Of a stretch of DNA of 12,189 bases, positions 8,070-12,189 are shown one piece after another. Position numbers and translations under genes: made by a program. The notes beneath the pieces were generated by a model that ran no database searches, had not been told where the DNA came from, and worked only from the letters and a program-made list of their open reading frames with translations. Location: contig NW_021826686.1 in the NCBI RefSeq assembly GCF_006345805.1, forward strand, positions 1 to 12,189, given 5' to 3'. Within the stretch, counting starts at the first letter, position 1. Every line of letters starts with the position of its first letter. The DNA comes from Octopus sinensis (Eukaryota).

Positions 8070-8464
8070 GCGCAGGAGTGGCTGTGTGGTAAGTAGCTTG
8101 CCTACCAACCACATGGTTCCGGGTTCAGTCCCACTGCGTGGCATCTTGGGCAAGTGTCTTCTGCTATAGCCCCGGGCCGACCAATGCCTTGTGAGTGGAT
8201 TTGGTAGACGGAAACTGAAAGAAGCCTGTCGTATATATGTATATATGTGTGTGTGTGTTTGTTTGTGTTTGTCCCCCTAGCATTGCTTGACAACCAATGC
8301 TGGTGTGTTTACGTCCCCGTCACTTAGCGGTTCGGCAAAAGACACCGATAGAATAAGTACTGGGCTTACAAAGAATAAGTCCCGGGGTCGAGTTGCTCGA
8401 CTAAAGGCGATGCTCCAGCATGGCTCCAGTCAAATGACTGAAACAAGTAAAAGAGTAAAAGAGT
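8070..8464 (+). mobile_element. Full-length tRNA-derived CORE-SINE, family C (octopus OR-like)
   Basis: A box TGGCTGTGTGG (8079-8089), B box GGTTCAGTCC (8122-8131), CORE-like GCATCTTGGGCAAGTGTCTT (8141-8160), internal (TA)(TG) tract, and a tail ending in (GTAAAAGA)2. The link to the OR1/OR2 octopus CORE-SINEs is from memory. Confidence 0.9.
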
Positions 8465-8504
8465 ATACATTATATATACATACATATATTTAATGTTGAC
8501 TTTG

Positions 8505-8670
8505 GTTGCAGACGATCACAGTCTGACATCTTAAAATAAGAAGGATACATTGGCTAATGCACATCCAGCATGTTTCTAAAAAAGCACAAAAAGACGGGAT
8601 GGTCATCGCTAGAATGGCTTTTTACGATTGTCCTACTCGATCAGGCTTCATATGGATCAACTGCAACAAC
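8505..8670 (+). mobile_element. Possible decayed 3' fragment of a (CAA)n-tailed SINE-like repeat
   Basis: Ends in CAACTGCAACAAC. Loose similarity (AAAGACGGGATGG...GATC...CAACAAC) to 6065-6190. Otherwise supported only by recollection of octopus repeats. Confidence 0.3.
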
Positions 8671-9224
8671 GAAATATCTGTATTTGATCTGATCTCGAAC
8701 TCATGAACCAAAGAGCTGATTGCCACTTTTTTTTTCTTTTGTTGTCCAATATTTTATCAAACTCCACCATTTTACCTTTACAGTATTTAAGTTCAAGTGT
8801 AAAGTAAATAAATAAACATTCAAAAAAAAAAAAAAAGGAGAGAAACTTGGATAACTTCTGTCTGGGAACTGTCAGCTGGTAACATCGTTAACGATGTATG
8901 TTTTTCAGTGTTGTGTAACCAAAGACAAGCATTTCTCAAACATTTATCAACATAGTTCGTCTCTATATATACAGTAGTCTGAGTAACGTTAATAAATCCC
9001 GGAAGTATCAAAGGAGATACCGGAAATGGCCGAGCTTCTTTATACCGAGAAAAGGCCTACAATTACTAACAAAATCTCACGTTCACAAACAAGACTCAAA
9101 CACCAGAGAGTGATCACTTGAAACAGTTCGTGTGGTAATATTTCTAAAATCAACAACCCTGTTTACACATTATTCACATATTCTTTCCTTCTTCTTCTAC
9201 CGTGTCTATATGCAGATGAATAAG

Positions 9225-9890
<666 letters not shown>

Positions 9891-10014
9891 TGTGCACATA
9901 CGCTTTTACGCATGTTTTTTTTTTTTTCCTTGATTCCACAGTTTCTTATTTCGTCTTTGACACTTTCGTCTTAACTCTAATCCCTTCACACAAACATTAG
10001 CCTTTCACACCTTC

Positions 10015-10259
10015 TCTCCCTCTCTCGCTCTTTCTTTCTCCCTCATTCTCTCCTTATTCTCTTTCTTTCTCTCTTGTTTACTAACGCATTTATATCTTCT
10101 CTCTTTCCTCTCACTTATTCGCATTCATTCTACCTCTCTCCACTTTATTTTTTCCTTCTCCTTTTCTTTAACTCTCATTCTCTCTTTCTAGCTTTCTTTC
10201 TTTTTTCTTTGCCAGATATCTCTCTCTCTCTCTCTCATCCTCCCTCTCCTCTCTCTCTC

Positions 10260-10295
<36 letters not shown>

Positions 10296-10819
10296 CAATT
10301 GTATACAGTCTCTCTCTTTTCCCCTCTCACACCCTCTCTCTTACTCTCTCTCCCTTTCTATTTCCCTTTGTCTCTCCCTCCTTCTCTCTTACTTTCTTAC
10401 TCTCTTCTCTCTCGTCCCTCAATCCCTACACCCTTCCCCTTCTTTCTCTCTCTCTCTCTCTATCTCTATCGCTCTCTCAACTGTATACAGTCTCTCTCTT
10501 TTCCCCTCTCACACTTACTCTCTCTCCCTTTCTATTTCCCTCCTTCTCTCTTACTTTCTTACTCTCTTCTCTCTCCCGTCCCCTCAATCCCTACATCCTT
10601 CCCCTTCTTTCTCTCTCTCTCTCTCTCTCTCAACTGTATACAGTCTCTCTCTTTTCCTCTCTCACACCCTCTCTCTTACTCTCTCCCTTTCTATTTCCCC
10701 TTGTCTCTCCCTCCTTCTCTCTTACTTTCTTACTCTCTTCTCTCTCGTCCCCTCAATCCCTACATTCTTCCCCTTCTCTCTCTCTCCTCTCTCTCGTCTC
10801 CTCTCTCTCCTCTCTCTCT

Positions 10820-10850
<31 letters not shown>

Positions 10851-10930
10851 CTCTCTCTCTCTCTCCTCTCTCTCTCCTCTCTCTCTCTCCTCTCTCTCTC
10901 CTCCTCTCTCTCTCTCCCGCTTTCTCTCTC
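10015..10930. repeat. About 900-bp polypyrimidine (CT) tract containing a three-unit, 150-180 bp minisatellite
   Basis: Units start at 10296, 10478 and 10631 with CAAYTGTATACAG and share CCCTCAATCCCTACA. Near-pure (CT)n-type sequence at 10780-10930. Confidence 0.95.
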
Positions 10931-11111
10931 AGTGATTCAGTCTTGTCAAGCATGTAACTGTTGTTTTTACAGCAATGTTGCAAAACACTGCAATATCCTG
11001 CAATGCACTGCAATCTATTGCTGCCCCTGCTATTTCCGGTTTTCAAATTTTTATCGAAAACGAAGAGACTGGAACTGTATAAAAACGAATTATGTCACAT
11101 GACAAAAAAAA

Positions 11112-11113
<2 letters not shown>

Positions 11114-11156
<43 letters not shown>

Positions 11157-11225
11157 CAGTTGTAGTAGTGGTGGTGGTGGTGGTGGTAGTGGTAATAGTA
11201 GTAGTAGTAGTAGCAGCAGTAGTAG

Positions 11226-11310
<85 letters not shown>

Positions 11311-11416
11311 GGTGGTGGTGGTAGTAGTAGTAGTAGTGGGGGGGTAGTAGTAGTAGTGGTGGTGGTGGTGGTTGTGGTGGTGGTGGTGGTGGGGTGGTGT
11401 GTATGTATGTATGTAT
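11114..11416. repeat. Compound (AGT)n/(GGT)n/(AGC)n array plus (GTAT)n
   Basis: Read directly from the sequence. Confidence 0.97.
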
Positions 11417-11485
11417 GTATGTTTTCTTTTCTCTTTGTTTTTTTTTTTAATTTAGAGCGGTGTTTCGTTAGCCATCCTTTGATTC

Positions 11486-11697
11486 TTAAGAAGGTCTGGC
11501 AGATCTTTTAGTGTCCCAGACAGCGTGACCATTTGTCGCGTAGGCTCCAACTTCAACTATTCTTTGCTCCAGGCCTTTTGTTACGAATTTTGTCGCTCCG
11601 ACGATAATCGACAAAATGTCTCTTGGGAACTGGATCTGCAAACACCTTATCAATGATCCATAGACGTTTTCTTTCTCCGATATTTTTCTGAGAATAA
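11486..11697 (-). mobile_element. Decayed RLE non-LTR retrotransposon, C-terminal part of the endonuclease domain (piece downstream of the SINE insertion)
   Basis: Minus-strand translation ILRKISEKENVYGSLIRCLQIQFPRDILSIIVGATKFVTKGLEQRIVEVG matches the RLE pattern K..EK..kY..L....iPiivGAlG.v.k.L. It is continuous with 12089-12153 once the SINE dimer is removed. Confidence 0.75.
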
Positions 11698-11925
11698 GGC
11701 GGCGAGCTGGCAGAATCGTTAGCACGCCGGGCGAAATGCTTAGCGATATTTTGTCTGGGTTCAAATTCCGCCGAGGTCGACTTTGCCTTTCGTCCTTTCG
11801 GGGTCGATAAATTAAGTACCAGTTACGCACTGGGGTCGATGTAATCGATTTAATCTGTTTCTCTGTCCTTGTTTGTCCTCTCTGTGTTAAGCCCCTTGTG
11901 GGTAGTAAAGAAATAGAAATAGGTA
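11698..11925 (+). mobile_element. SINE family B, full head, tail type 1 (first monomer of a dimer)
   Basis: A box TGGCAGAATCG (11708-11718), B box GGTTCAAATTCC (11758-11769), central GAGGTCGACTTTGCCTTTC..CCTTTCGGGGTCGATAAA, and a tail ending (GAAATA)2GGTAT. Confidence 0.92.
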
Positions 11926-12088
11926 TTTTGTCTGTCTTTATGCTCTGAGTTCAAATTCCGGCGAGGTCGACTTTGCCTTTCATCCTTTCGGTCTTGATAA
12001 ATTAAGTTTCACTTGTGTACTGGGGTCGATCTAATCGACTTGGCCCCCTCCCCAAAAATTTCGGACCTTGTGCCTAGAGTAGAAAAAA
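11922..12088 (+). mobile_element. SINE family B, A box missing, tail type 2 (second monomer of the dimer)
   Basis: GGTATTTTGTCTGTCTTTATGCTCTGAGTTCAAATTCCGGCGAGGTCGACTTTGCC..., then a C-rich tail ...AATTTCGGACCTTGTGCCTAGAGTAG and a short A run. Confidence 0.9.
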
Positions 12089-12153
12089 ATATTTTTTTGA
12101 GAATTATGGTGTCCAGGGACAGCAGATTTCTGCAACAGAACATTTTTCGTTTC
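12089..12153 (-). mobile_element. Upstream continuation of the RLE fragment at 11486-11697 (includes the second TSD copy)
   Basis: Minus-strand translation NEKCSVAEICCP/LDTIILKKI (one 1-nt frameshift) fits the RLE catalytic segment K.C.viEisCP.D.ni..K and joins in frame to ..KISEKENVYG. Confidence 0.7.
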
Positions 12154-12180
12154 TATCTATCTATCTATCTATCTATCTAT
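12153..12180. repeat. (TATC)n microsatellite
   Basis: Read directly from the sequence. Confidence 0.95.
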
Positions 12181-12189
12181 GTGTGCTTG

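Noticed and set aside
8807-8836. AATAAA followed by A15, suggesting a retrocopy end
   Set aside because: Signal-to-tail spacing is short, no TSD or upstream coding remnant was found, and A-tracts are common here.
10074-11102. Longest ORF (342 aa, L/S/P/F-rich)
   Set aside because: Stays open only because the CT-rich strand has almost no stop codons; no domain is recognisable.

Overview
No intact protein-coding gene is supported. The window is repeat-saturated eukaryotic non-coding DNA, most likely from an octopus or other cephalopod. That assignment is inferred from the SINE families and the extreme microsatellite density, and was not checked against a database. Roughly 40% is simple or compound microsatellite, which explains nearly all entries in the ORF track. 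The interspersed content is: (i) three decayed fragments of restriction-like-endonuclease (RLE) non-LTR retrotransposons, one a 5'-truncated R4/Dong-like element embedded in (TAA)n; (ii) about nine copies or fragments of three tRNA-derived SINE families, including a SINE dimer that inserted as one unit, with an 18-bp target-site duplication, into an RLE fragment; (iii) an unclassified 440-bp element flanked by TAA repeats; (iv) two minus-strand hammerhead-ribozyme-like motifs, one a minimal type I motif of the kind carried by Penelope-like elements and one with an unusual extended stem III. The hammerhead candidates, the SINE dimer and the TAA-flanked element are the best leads. I see no convincing evidence for a wholly new biological system.
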